DNA from: Pseudomonas aeruginosa
GTDB taxonomy: Bacteria > Pseudomonadota > Gammaproteobacteria > Pseudomonadales > Pseudomonadaceae
Length of the DNA stretch: 32,000 bases
Direction: 5' to 3'
Assembly (NCBI RefSeq): GCF_001457615.1
Contig: NZ_LN831024.1
Coordinates: forward strand, 270,001-302,000
Part shown: in pieces, positions 23,225-31,868 of the stretch
Numbering within the stretch: position 1 is the stretch's first letter
Layout of the letters: each line of letters opens with the position of its first letter
The notes under the pieces: generated by a model
What the model saw: the letters and a program-made list of their open reading frames with translations, nothing else
What the model was told of the DNA's origin: nothing
The model's database searches: none
Program-made: the position numbers and the translations under genes

Positions 23225-24424
23225 ATGAGTGCCGCGAAAAAGGCCCCCGTCATCCTGATTGCCGATCCGGACCCCTGGAGTCGCGACCTGCTTGGCCAAC
23301 TGGTCCTCGGCGTGCGTTGCGATGCGCGGCTGGTCCTCTGCGGCGATGGCGGGGAAGCGCTGGCGCATTGCCGGCGCCGGCGCTTCGCGTTGATCCTGGC
23401 CGAGCTGAACCTGCCGCAAGTGGATGGCTTCGAGCTGCTGCGCGAAGCGCGCCTGCGCCGCTCGGTCGCCGAGCAGCCGTTCATCCTGATCAGCGACCGC
23501 GCCGACCAGGCCAGCGTGCGCGCCGCCGTGGCACTGGCGCCGACCGCCTACCTGGTGAAGCCGTTCCAGGCCGAGAACCTGATGCAACGCCTGCGAGGGT
23601 TGTTGCTGAAGGGCGACGAAGTGGTCGCCTGTCCGCTGCCGGAGCGGGACGCGGGCGAGAACCTGGAGGCTTTCCTCGAACGCGCGCGCGACTCCGCGGA
23701 GGGGGCGCCGTTGCTGGCCGACGTGCGTGCCGCCAGCGATCGTTGCCTGAGCGCCGAGGAGCATCCGCTGCGCGTGCTGGAGGATGAGTTCGGCCGCGAT
23801 CCGCAGATCACCGCTGGCCTGATCGCCGCCGCCAACAGCGCCGCCCGGCACGTCGGTCCGGCCTGCCAGACCCTGGGCCAGGCCCTGCGGCGGCTGGGAC
23901 TCGGGCACAGCCTGAACCTGGTGCTCGGTTTCAGCCTGCAGCGGGCCATCCAGCTCGGCGAGCCGCTGCTGGCCGAGCGCGCCATGCACTTCTGGGATCT
24001 TTCGCAACGTTGCGCGGACATCGCCTGGGAACTGGCCGACGCCCTCGGCGCGGACGTCGAGCGCTGCTATACCGCAGGGCTGCTGCATCGCCTGGGCGAC
24101 CTGGCGCTGCTGCGGACATTGCAGGATTGGTGCGATGGCGGCGGCGCGCTGGACGAGGCGCGCCTCGACGAGCTGCTGGGGCGTTTCGGCGCCAGCTTCG
24201 GCTCGGCCCTGCGGGCGCGTTGGCGGCTGCCGCTGGAGCTGCGCCGGCTGATCGCTGCGGCGTACCAGTTCGGTGGCGTGCTTTCCCGCGAAGAGCTGAT
24301 CCTCAGCCTGGCGACCCAGGCCGCCAGCCTGCCCGAGGACGACGCGGAGCAACTGGCCGAGAGCAAGGCTGCCCGCATGCTCGGCCTGGACGGCGAACGA
24401 CTGGCGAAACTGCTGCAGCCCTGA
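23225..24424 (+). CDS. Receiver-domain / HDOD-domain signalling protein with an atypical receiver
   Basis: 399 aa from ATG 23225. The N-terminal CheY-like fold has VILIADPDPW...ILAELNLPQVDGFELL...FILISDRAD...YLVKPF. The C-terminal ~250 aa has HDOD-like features (...HSLNLVLGFSL...CYTAGLLHRLGDLALL...). Glu (nt 23402-23404) occupies the phospho-acceptor position. Confidence 0.8.
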   Translation: MSAAKKAPVILIADPDPWSRDLLGQLVLGVRCDARLVLCGDGGEALAHCRRRRFALILAELNLPQVDGFELLREARLRRSVAEQPFILISDRADQASVRAAVALAPTAYLVKPFQAENLMQRLRGLLLKGDEVVACPLPERDAGENLEAFLERARDSAEGAPLLADVRAASDRCLSAEEHPLRVLEDEFGRDPQITAGLIAAANSAARHVGPACQTLGQALRRLGLGHSLNLVLGFSLQRAIQLGEPLLAERAMHFWDLSQRCADIAWELADALGADVERCYTAGLLHRLGDLALLRTLQDWCDGGGALDEARLDELLGRFGASFGSALRARWRLPLELRRLIAAAYQFGGVLSREELILSLATQAASLPEDDAEQLAESKAARMLGLDGERLAKLLQP

Positions 24425-24594
24425 GCCGTCCTCGCCGGGCTTTTGCAAGGGGCGGCGCCTCCCGTAGGGCGGATAACGCGACGCGTCATGCGCCGCTGGG
24501 CATGGGGCGCGGTTGCAATCGAGCCTCTGGCCGGGGAGATCGGCACCTACCTGCGCGCCGCCGAGTTGCCGGCCGTGGATGGGCGGAAGCGCGC

Positions 24595-26016
24595 CTAGCG
24601 CCGCAGCTCGGCGCGCAACAGGTCCAACGCCGGGTCGATGTCGTCCCGTTCGATGCAGCCGAAGCCGAAGAGGAAGCCGGCCTGTGCCGGGGTTTCCGCG
24701 TAGAAGGGCGGCAGGGTGCCGACCTCCAGGCCTTGCTGGCGCAAATGACGGGCGATGCGCAGCACATCCAGCGGTTCGCGACAGCGCGCCGCGAGGTGGA
24801 TCCCGGCCACCGCCGGCAGCGCTTCGAGCCAGGGGCTCAGGTCGCCGTGCAGGCGTTCCAGCAGGCGCCCGCGACGCTGGGCGTATTCGCGTTGCAGGCG
24901 GCGCGTATGGCGGGCGAAGTCGCCGCGCTGGATGAACAGCGCGAGGGCGCGCTGCTGCAAGGTCTCGCTGTGCCGGTCGACCAGCTTGCGCGCCGCCAGC
25001 ACCGCTTCGCGCAGGCTTGCCGGCGGCAGCAGGTAGCCGAGGCGCAGCTCGGGGAAGAGGGTCTTGGAAAAGGTCCCGAGGTAGGCCACCTGGCCGTTCC
25101 GGTCGAGGCTGCGCAGCGACTCCAGCGAACGCCCGTCGAAGCGGTACTCGCTGTCGTAGTCGTCCTCGATGATCAGCGCCCGGTGGCGCTGCGCCCAGTC
25201 CAGCAACTGCAGGCGCCGCTCCAGGCTCATCGGCATGCCCAGCGGGAACTGGTGCGACGGGGTGACGTAGACCAGCTTGGCGTTGTCCGGCAGCAGGTCG
25301 ACGCGCAGCCCCTCGGCGTCCACCGGCACTCCGCGCACCTCGGCGCCGGTGGCCAGCAGGCTGGCGCGGGCCGGCGGATAACCGGGTTCCTCGACCACCG
25401 CCAGGTCGCCGGGGTCGAGCATCACCCGGGCCAGCAGGTCGAGTCCCTGCTGGGCGCCCTGGGTGACCATCAGGGCGTTCCAGTCGCACTGCACGGCGCG
25501 GTTGATCGCCAGGTAGCGGGAGATCGCCAGGCGCAGCTCGGGGTCGCCTTCGGTTTCCTTGTAGAACGCCGGCGAGCGCTGTTGCAGGCGTAGCGCCTGG
25601 AGCACGCAGGTACGCCAGGTATCGAAGGGAAAGCGGCGCTTGTCGGTCGTGCCGCCGGCGAAGCTGTAGCGGAGCGGTGCTCGCTGGTCCATCAGACCGG
25701 ACTGCGGTTCGATGCGTGCCCAGCGCGCGGCCGGCCGCAACGGACCGTCGGCGCGCTGCAGCGGCGCTTCCCCGGCGGGCCCGCGGGCGACGAAGGTGCC
25801 GCTGCCGACCCGTCCTTCGAGGAAGCCCTCGCTGGCGAGGCGCTCGTAGGCTTCGCTGACGGTCTTGCGCGACACTTCCAGGCGTTCGGCGAGGTAGCGC
25901 GTGGCTGGCAGGCGATCGCCGGTGGCCAGGCGACCATGGAGGATCGCGTCGCGCAGCTGGCGATAGAGCTGGCCGACCAGGTCGTGGCGGCCGTCGAGGA
26001 TCAGTTGCAGTTCCAT
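24595..26016 (-). CDS. MocR/GabR-type regulator (GntR wHTH fused to an aminotransferase-like PLP domain)
   Basis: 473 aa. The N-terminus has LPATRYLAERLEVSRKTVSEAYERLASEGFLEGRVGSGTFVA (GntR HTH). The rest is a class-I aminotransferase fold (...YVTPSHQFPLGMPMS..., ...YLGTFSKTLFPELRLGYL...). Confidence 0.9.
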   Translation of the reverse strand: MELQLILDGRHDLVGQLYRQLRDAILHGRLATGDRLPATRYLAERLEVSRKTVSEAYERLASEGFLEGRVGSGTFVARGPAGEAPLQRADGPLRPAARWARIEPQSGLMDQRAPLRYSFAGGTTDKRRFPFDTWRTCVLQALRLQQRSPAFYKETEGDPELRLAISRYLAINRAVQCDWNALMVTQGAQQGLDLLARVMLDPGDLAVVEEPGYPPARASLLATGAEVRGVPVDAEGLRVDLLPDNAKLVYVTPSHQFPLGMPMSLERRLQLLDWAQRHRALIIEDDYDSEYRFDGRSLESLRSLDRNGQVAYLGTFSKTLFPELRLGYLLPPASLREAVLAARKLVDRHSETLQQRALALFIQRGDFARHTRRLQREYAQRRGRLLERLHGDLSPWLEALPAVAGIHLAARCREPLDVLRIARHLRQQGLEVGTLPPFYAETPAQAGFLFGFGCIERDDIDPALDLLRAELRR

Positions 26017-26021
26017 GGCGA

Positions 26022-26068
26022 AATTGGCTACCTGGTATTTCTGGTAATTGGCTCTTCGTGGAAGCCAA
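26022..26068. promoter_or_regulatory. Candidate MocR operator: AATTGGCT direct repeats plus an inverted half-site
   Basis: AATTGGCT occurs at 26022-26029 and 26046-26053, spaced 24 bp. The inverted AGCCAA lies at 26063-26068. All sit in the 126-bp divergent region between the MocR gene and the AhpD-like operon. Confidence 0.35.
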
Positions 26069-26142
26069 AGGCAGGCTTAGTGTTACCCCATGCCGCGCCG
26101 CTTTCCACTCTCGCGGCTGCCAATCAGCCAAGGAGATTCGCC

Positions 26143-26580
26143 ATGACCACCCGCCTCGAATGGGCCAAAGCCTCCCCCGACGCCTATGCCGCCATGCTCG
26201 GCCTGGAAAAGGCCCTGGCCAAGGCCGGCCTGGAGCGCCCGTTGATCGAACTGGTCTACCTGCGCACTTCGCAGATCAACGGTTGCGCCTACTGCGTGAA
26301 CATGCATGCCAACGACGCGCGCAAGGCCGGCGAGACCGAGCAGCGTCTGCAAGCGCTCTGCGTCTGGCAGGAAACCCCCTACTTCACCCCACGCGAGCGC
26401 GCTGCCCTGGCCTGGACCGAGCAACTCGCCCGCCTCAGCCAGGGGGCGTTGCCGCACGGCCTGCTCGACGAACTGCGCGAGCACTTCGACGACAAGGAGA
26501 TCGCCGAACTGACCCTGGCGGTCTCGGCCATCAACGCCTGGAACCGCTTCGGCGTCGGCATGGGCATGCAACCGGAATGA
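26143..26580 (+). CDS. AhpD-like carboxymuconolactone decarboxylase-family protein
   Basis: 145 aa from ATG 26143 (AAGGAG upstream). It carries SQINGCAYCVNMH (CxxC of the AhpD core) and the family's overall helical pattern. Confidence 0.85.
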   Translation: MTTRLEWAKASPDAYAAMLGLEKALAKAGLERPLIELVYLRTSQINGCAYCVNMHANDARKAGETEQRLQALCVWQETPYFTPRERAALAWTEQLARLSQGALPHGLLDELREHFDDKEIAELTLAVSAINAWNRFGVGMGMQPE

Positions 26581-26591
26581 GGTGGACGGCG

Positions 26592-26999
26592 ATGAAGGCC
26601 AATCGATCGATCGCCTGCCTGCTGCTCGCCGCGCTGCCGACGCTGGCCAGCGCCCATGTTGCGGAGAAGGTGGAAACCCTGCACGACCAGGCCCTGGCCG
26701 AGATTCCCGGCCATCGTGGGTTGATGCTGACGGTGTCGTTCAAGCCCGGCCAGGTCTCCGCGCCCCATGTGCATCCCGGCTCGGTGTTCGTCTACGTGCT
26801 CGAAGGCACCGTGCAGACGCAACTGGAAGGCGGCCCGGTGGAGACCTACACGGTGGGCCAGAGCTGGTACGAGCCGGCGAACGTGCCGCACCTGCTGGCA
26901 CGCAATCCCGATCCGATGAAGCCGGCCAAGTTGCTGGTCTGGGAGTTGCTCAAGGAGGGCGACCCGATCCTCAAGCCACTGGAGCGCGGCGCCCACTGA
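26592..26999 (+). CDS. Secreted cupin-domain protein
   Basis: MKANRSIACLLLAALPTLASA is a signal peptide. It is followed by cupin motifs (...GQVSAPHVHPGSVFVYVLEGTV...GQSWYEPANVPH). GAGGTGG precedes the ATG, and the start is 12 nt after the AhpD-like stop. Confidence 0.75.
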   Translation: MKANRSIACLLLAALPTLASAHVAEKVETLHDQALAEIPGHRGLMLTVSFKPGQVSAPHVHPGSVFVYVLEGTVQTQLEGGPVETYTVGQSWYEPANVPHLLARNPDPMKPAKLLVWELLKEGDPILKPLERGAH

Positions 27000-27032
27000 G
27001 GCGTCGCTCGTTCGCCCGGAGGAGCGTCCGTC

Positions 27033-27317
27033 ATGAGCGCCAGCCAGGTCATCCGTATTCGCGCGCGCAATGGTCAGTCGGAACGGCTTGGCCTGCGCCT
27101 GCAACAACTGGTCGAACCGGGGCTGGAGGCGCCGGGTTGCCTGGAGTACCAGGTGCGCAGGGACGCCCTCGAGCCGGATCTCTGGCTGGTGTGCAGCCAG
27201 TGGCGGGAAGCGCAGCAGATGTTCGACTACCTGGCCGGCGGCATCCAGCAGGTATTCGCCGAAGTGCTCTGGCGCTCCCTGGCGGCGAGCCTCGAAGTGC
27301 AGGATGACGCAGGCTAG
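27033..27317 (+). CDS. Small ABM/Dabb-fold (antibiotic biosynthesis monooxygenase-like) protein
   Basis: 94 aa with GGAGGAG upstream. The pattern ...GCLEYQVRRDALEPDLWLVCSQWREAQQMFDYL... is typical of ABM domains. The call is from motif recognition only. Confidence 0.55.
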   Translation: MSASQVIRIRARNGQSERLGLRLQQLVEPGLEAPGCLEYQVRRDALEPDLWLVCSQWREAQQMFDYLAGGIQQVFAEVLWRSLAASLEVQDDAG

Positions 27318-28246
27318 AGCAAACCCAGCTCGGCGCAGACGATCAGTACCTGCTCGCGCAGCCAGAGGTTCGCCGGGTCCTGGTCGGCGGCGCGGCTCCA
27401 TGACAGGTGCAGGGCGAACGGCGGCAGCCCGGGCGGTGCGAGGCAGGCGTGATGGCGGCCATCGTCGAGCAGTGCATGGATACGCCGTGGCAGCATCAGC
27501 ACGAAGTCGCTGCCCGACAGCAGTTGCAGGGCGGCGACGTAGCTGTTGGCGCGCGCGGCGACCTCGCGGCTGCGGCCCTGGCGTCGCAGCCACGTGTCCA
27601 CCAGGTTGGCGTTGCTGGCGTCGAGCGGGGTCGGGAAGACGAAGCGGCGCCTGCAGAACTCGTCCAGTTCCAGGCGCTCGTGGCGCGGCTGGGCACGATC
27701 CTGTACGCAGAGCAGCTCGTCGCTGAACAGGGCGAGCGCCTGTAGCTCCGGTGCCGGTCGGTGGTACTCGGGACCGAAGTCGAAGACCAGGTCGACCTGG
27801 CCGTCGAGCAATGCTTCGGTGGGCAGTTCGGGACCCAGGCGGCGGATGTCCAGGCCGATCCTCGGGCCGTTGGCGGCGAGCCGTCGCAGGAGTGCCGGAA
27901 GGATCAGCAGCTCGACGTATTCCGGCGCGCAGAGGGTAAAGGTCCGCGGCTCGCCACGCGGGTCGAAGCTACCCTGGGCGGCGTGACAGGCGTTGATGCG
28001 GGCGAGCATTTCCTCCACGTGGGGCAGCATGGCGCGACTCTTGTGGGTCGGCTGCATGCCGCCGCGGGTGGCGATGAACAGCTCGTCGTCGAAGGCCTGG
28101 CGCAGCTTCTTCAGGCAGTAGCTGACCGTCGACGGACTGAGGTTCAGGAGTTCGGCGACCTCGACGAGGTTCTGTCGTTGGTGGACCTGGAGGAAGACCA
28201 GCAGGTCCTGCATGTCGACCTTGCGCAGGCCGTTGGCGATCAGCAT
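27314..28246 (-). CDS. LysR-family transcriptional regulator
   Basis: 310 aa. The N-terminal wHTH reads DMQDLLVFLQVHQRQNLVEVAELLNLSPSTVSYCLKKLRQAFDDELF, followed by a periplasmic-binding-like effector domain. Confidence 0.9.
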   Translation of the reverse strand: MLIANGLRKVDMQDLLVFLQVHQRQNLVEVAELLNLSPSTVSYCLKKLRQAFDDELFIATRGGMQPTHKSRAMLPHVEEMLARINACHAAQGSFDPRGEPRTFTLCAPEYVELLILPALLRRLAANGPRIGLDIRRLGPELPTEALLDGQVDLVFDFGPEYHRPAPELQALALFSDELLCVQDRAQPRHERLELDEFCRRRFVFPTPLDASNANLVDTWLRRQGRSREVAARANSYVAALQLLSGSDFVLMLPRRIHALLDDGRHHACLAPPGLPPFALHLSWSRAADQDPANLWLREQVLIVCAELGLL

Positions 28247-28295
28247 CGGGGCGTCCTGACGGCGTCGGGAGCGCCATCAGAACCCGTCCCTTTCC

Positions 28296-29510
28296 TCAGC
28301 GCAAGCTTTCGGCGCCGACGCCTCGCGCCTGCCGCTCGGCGAACAGTGCCGCATAGCGCCGCGGGTCGAAGCGCAGGCCCAGTCCCAGCAGCAGCGCCGC
28401 CACCGTGGCCAGCCCGAGCCAGGCGCCGGTGAAGCTGCCGAGGCTGTCGCGCAGCAGCCCGGCGATCCATGGCGAGACCCCGGCGATCAGGTAGCCGGCG
28501 CCTTGTACCAGGGCAGCCAGTTGACCGGCGCGTTGCGGCGCGTCGAAGTGGTCGAGGCAGACGATCAAGCCCATGGGGAACAGCCCGCCGATGCCCAGTC
28601 CGAGACACAGCGCCCAGAGCAGCGGCAGGCTGGCCGGCGCCCAGGCGAGGCCGAGGAAGCCGGCCAGCATCAGCGCCGTTAGCCCGACCAGCACCGGGCG
28701 GCGATCCCGCGAGCGGCTGGCCAGGGCCGGCGCGAGCAACCCGGAGAGCACCTCCATGGCCGTCAGGAAACCGAGCAGCAGCCCGGATTCCTGGGCGCTC
28801 CAGCCCTGCTCCAGGTAATAGGGCGCGAGCCAGGCCAGCACGCAGGTGTAGCAGGCCGTGCCGAGGCCGAAGAACAGGACCAGCAGCCAGGTCCGCGGAT
28901 AGCGCAGGAGGCTCCTGCCCGGCTGCGCGTCAGGCAGGCGCAGGCGGGTGCCGGGTTGCAGCCACCAGGCCAGCAGCGCGAGCGCGGCGAGCGCCGCCCA
29001 GGCACCGAGGCCGAGCCGCCAGCCGGCGTGCTCCGCCAGGGTCGGCGCGGCGCTGGCGGACAGCGCCGCGCCAGCCATGATGGCGGTGACGTAGAGCCCC
29101 ATGCAGAGCGGCGTGCGCGCGCCGAAACGGGCCTTGATCAGGGCCGGCATCAGCGCCTGGATCAGGGCGATGCCGAGACCGGCGAGCATGGCGCTGCCGA
29201 GCAGGTCGGGCAGGCCTCGGCTGCCCAGGCGCAGGGCGCTGGCGGCGCCGATCAGCAGCAGGGCGAGGGCCACCGAACGCCACTCGCCGACGCGGCGGGC
29301 GATGCCCAGGCCGAAGAACATGCCGAGGCCGAGGGTCAGCACCGGCAGGGCGGTCAGCAGCGAGACGTCGCCGAAGCTGAGCGCGATCTCGCCGCGCATG
29401 GCGTTCAGCAGTGGGCCGACGGCGGCCATGGAGGGCCGCAGGTTGAGGCCGACCAGGACGATGGCGGCCATCAGCCAGAGGGTGCGGCAGGGTGGGTTGG
29501 CAGTGGGCAT
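28296..29510 (-). CDS. MFS transporter (CynX/NimT-like, 12 TMS)
   Basis: 404 aa from ATG 29510 (GGAG upstream). MPTANPPCRTLWLMAAIVLVGLNLRPSMAAVGPLL... is typical of the cyanate-permease-like MFS subfamily, and the ORF is hydrophobic throughout. Confidence 0.85.
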   Translation of the reverse strand: MPTANPPCRTLWLMAAIVLVGLNLRPSMAAVGPLLNAMRGEIALSFGDVSLLTALPVLTLGLGMFFGLGIARRVGEWRSVALALLLIGAASALRLGSRGLPDLLGSAMLAGLGIALIQALMPALIKARFGARTPLCMGLYVTAIMAGAALSASAAPTLAEHAGWRLGLGAWAALAALALLAWWLQPGTRLRLPDAQPGRSLLRYPRTWLLVLFFGLGTACYTCVLAWLAPYYLEQGWSAQESGLLLGFLTAMEVLSGLLAPALASRSRDRRPVLVGLTALMLAGFLGLAWAPASLPLLWALCLGLGIGGLFPMGLIVCLDHFDAPQRAGQLAALVQGAGYLIAGVSPWIAGLLRDSLGSFTGAWLGLATVAALLLGLGLRFDPRRYAALFAERQARGVGAESLR

Positions 29511-29672
29511 GGCGATCTCCTTTCGGGAGCACCATTGCGCCTGCGCCAGGGCGTGGCGGCAAATCAAAATCCGCAGGGCGGATTCGAAAAAATGCGCTGG
29601 CCAGGGAGTCGGGGCGGACGCTGGCGCAACGTGGCGAGTCGCGAGGTTATCCGCCCCGTGCGGCGCGTGGCC

Positions 29673-30443
29673 TCACTCCGCACTCAAGCGCATCAGGCTT
29701 TCGCTCAGGGCCCGCGCGTGGCGGTCGACGATGATCGGCGCCCAGGGCCTGCCGGAAGCGCTGACCAGCGCGCTGCTCTTGCTGTTCAGGTCGCGCAGGG
29801 CCTGGCTCAGGTACTCCCAGCGGTTCTCCAGTTTCTTCAGTCCCGCCGGGTTGGCGCTTTGCGCCACCAGCAGGGCGATGCGCCGGTCGATCAGCGGGAC
29901 CAGCACGCTCTCGTCCTGGCCGAGATAGTCCCGGGGCTGCTCGCGGGCAATCTCCAGCCCGCCCAGGTAGGCGCGCGCCAGGTATTGCAGGGACAGGTAC
30001 TCGACCCGCACCGGCAACTGCCAGAGCGGCAGGGGTTGGCCTGGCGGGGGCGGCGGCACCTGGCGTTCCACCAGGTTGAGGAAGTCACGCAGGGCGCGGC
30101 TCAGTTGCTGCGGGTAGCGCCAGGGCAGGTCCTCTTCGCGGGGGCCGTAGGCCGCGCCTTCACGGATGCGCGCCACCAGCGTCTTTTCGCCTTGCCGCAG
30201 GAGCACCCCCTCGGGGGCGGCGGCGAGCGCGCGGTCGAGGCTGGCGAGGTCCTTCTCCAGTTGCGCCGCGTGCTGTTCCTGGAAACCCTCGCCGCGCAGC
30301 AACAACAGGCTGCCCACCGCGCGACAGGCCTGGACCTGCAGTTGTTGCAGGGCGCGTTGCTGGTCGTCTAGGGCGGCGCGCGCCGGCAGCGCCAGCAACA
30401 GGCAGCAAAGACAGAGGACAGCGAAAAGGGCAGGACGGAGCAT
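29673..30443 (-). CDS. Secreted hypothetical protein
   Basis: 256-aa ORF with the signal peptide MLRPALFAVLCLCCLLLALPARA. Composition is sensible and helical-looking. I recognise no family. Confidence 0.55.
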   Translation of the reverse strand: MLRPALFAVLCLCCLLLALPARAALDDQQRALQQLQVQACRAVGSLLLLRGEGFQEQHAAQLEKDLASLDRALAAAPEGVLLRQGEKTLVARIREGAAYGPREEDLPWRYPQQLSRALRDFLNLVERQVPPPPPGQPLPLWQLPVRVEYLSLQYLARAYLGGLEIAREQPRDYLGQDESVLVPLIDRRIALLVAQSANPAGLKKLENRWEYLSQALRDLNSKSSALVSASGRPWAPIIVDRHARALSESLMRLSAE

Positions 30444-30551
30444 GGGGAGATCCTGTTGTTGTCGTTATGGATATCCGCACCGAGGGCAGGTGCCCTGCAC
30501 ACGGTAGCCGGCCATGGCGCGCCTGCAAGCGTTCGAAAGTGTGATTCGCGC

Positions 30552-31238
30552 TCAGCCGTGGGTGGCCGCGCGCAGGCCGGCGAGGTCGAGAATCTCGATG
30601 CCGCCGTAGCTGAGCTGGAGGATGCCCTGGGCTTCGAGGTCCTTGAGGATCTGGTTGGTGGTCTGCCGCGACAACGACAGCATCAATGCCAACTGCTCCT
30701 GCGGCAGGTGCAGGACCTGCCGGCTGCGGCTGTTGTCGTAGCCCTCGGCGAGCATCAGCAGGCGCCGCGCCAGGCGTTGTGCGGCCGGCAGCAGGGCCAT
30801 CTCTTCCAGGGCGATGAATGCCAGGCGCAGCTTGTGGCTCATCAGCAGGGCCACGTCGCGCCAGTAGTGCGGCTCGCGGCGAAGCAGTTCGAGCAGCGCC
30901 GCCTGCGGTACCTGGAGTAGCTGGGTGTGGCCTTCGGCGTAGGCATCGTGGGTGCGCGCCTGGCCGTCGAACAGGGCGATCTCGCCGAACCAGTGCGGCG
31001 CTTCCACCAGGATCAGCAGCGCCTCCTTGCCGTTCTCGCTGACCGCGCTGATACGGATCGCGCCCTCGACCACGCAGTACAGTCCGCAGGGCGCGTCGCC
31101 GCGGGCGAACAGGCGCTGGCCCGGCGGCAACTGGCGCGGTTGGGCGAGTGCCAGCAGGTGCGTCTGCAAGGCCTCCGGCAAACCCTGGAACCAGCGGCCG
31201 GCCTGGAGTTGCGAACGGTAGTCGGTACGCTCGTTCAT
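30552..31238 (-). CDS. Crp/Fnr-family transcriptional regulator
   Basis: 228 aa with a cNMP-binding beta-barrel (...LFARGDAPCGLYCVVEGAIRISAVSENGKEALL...) and a C-terminal HTH (...QEQLALMLSLSRQTTNQILKDLEAQGIL). Confidence 0.9.
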   Translation of the reverse strand: MNERTDYRSQLQAGRWFQGLPEALQTHLLALAQPRQLPPGQRLFARGDAPCGLYCVVEGAIRISAVSENGKEALLILVEAPHWFGEIALFDGQARTHDAYAEGHTQLLQVPQAALLELLRREPHYWRDVALLMSHKLRLAFIALEEMALLPAAQRLARRLLMLAEGYDNSRSRQVLHLPQEQLALMLSLSRQTTNQILKDLEAQGILQLSYGGIEILDLAGLRAATHG

Positions 31239-31313
31239 GTTTGTCGTCTAGCTGACAGAGTGGAAAACCGGGGCGGCGCGATGATGCGAGAACCCTGGCG
31301 TGAGACCACAACA

Positions 31314-31829
31314 ATGAAAACCCTAGTCGATCACCTTGCGCAATACGCCGCCTACCACCGCGACCGGCGCAACATCTTCAGCCATTTCATCGGCATTCCG
31401 ATGATCGTCCTCTCCATCGCCGTGTTGCTGGCGCGGCCGGCGCTGGGGTTCGGCCTGTCTCCGGCGCTGCTGCTGGCGCTCGCCGCGGCGCTGTTCTACC
31501 TGCGCCTGGACCTGCGCTTCGGCGTGGCCATGACGGCGCTGCTGGCGCTGACGGTGTGGGGCGCTGCGCAATTGGCGGCGGGGACTACCGCGGCCTGGCT
31601 GGGCTGGGGCGTCGGCCTGTTCGTGGTCGGCTGGATCATCCAGTTCGTCGGTCATTACTACGAAGGGCGCAAGCCGGCCTTCGTCGACGATCTCAGCGGG
31701 TTGATCGTCGGTCCGCTCTTCGTGCTGGCGGAACTGGCCTTTCTGCTGGGGCTGCGCGGCGACGTGCAGCGCGAGGTCGAGGAGCGCGCCGGCCCGACCT
31801 GCATTCGCGAGCACAAGCGGGCGGCGTGA
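31314..31829 (+). CDS. DUF962 (Mpo1/YGL010w-like) membrane protein
   Basis: 171 aa from ATG 31314. MKTLVDHLAQYAAYHRDRRNIFSHFIGIPMIV... and ...GWIIQFVGHYYEGRKPAF match the family's His-rich signature as I remember it. ATG 31281 is an alternative start. Confidence 0.7.
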   Translation: MKTLVDHLAQYAAYHRDRRNIFSHFIGIPMIVLSIAVLLARPALGFGLSPALLLALAAALFYLRLDLRFGVAMTALLALTVWGAAQLAAGTTAAWLGWGVGLFVVGWIIQFVGHYYEGRKPAFVDDLSGLIVGPLFVLAELAFLLGLRGDVQREVEERAGPTCIREHKRAA

Positions 31830-31831
31830 GG

Positions 31832-31855
31832 CGGTCTCCCGCGAGCGCGGGAGAC
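31832..31855. terminator. GC-rich hairpin between convergent genes
   Basis: GGTCTCCCGCG-ag-CGCGGGAGACC is a perfect palindrome. There is no clear U-tract. Confidence 0.45.
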
Positions 31856-31868
31856 CGGGGTGGGAGCG

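Noticed and set aside
24461-24494. cccgtagggcggataacgcgacgcgtcatgcgcc, a REP-like imperfect palindrome downstream of the receiver-HDOD gene
   Set aside because: There is a single copy in this window and the arms are imperfect. I cannot establish that it is a repeat family without a genome-wide search.
23135-26131. 998-aa minus-strand ORF, the longest in the track
   Set aside because: The sequence is Arg/Pro/Ala/Gly-rich and low in complexity. It runs antisense to the receiver-HDOD gene and off-frame through the MocR gene. This is a typical high-GC shadow ORF, and the overlapping genes have clear domain signatures and RBSs.
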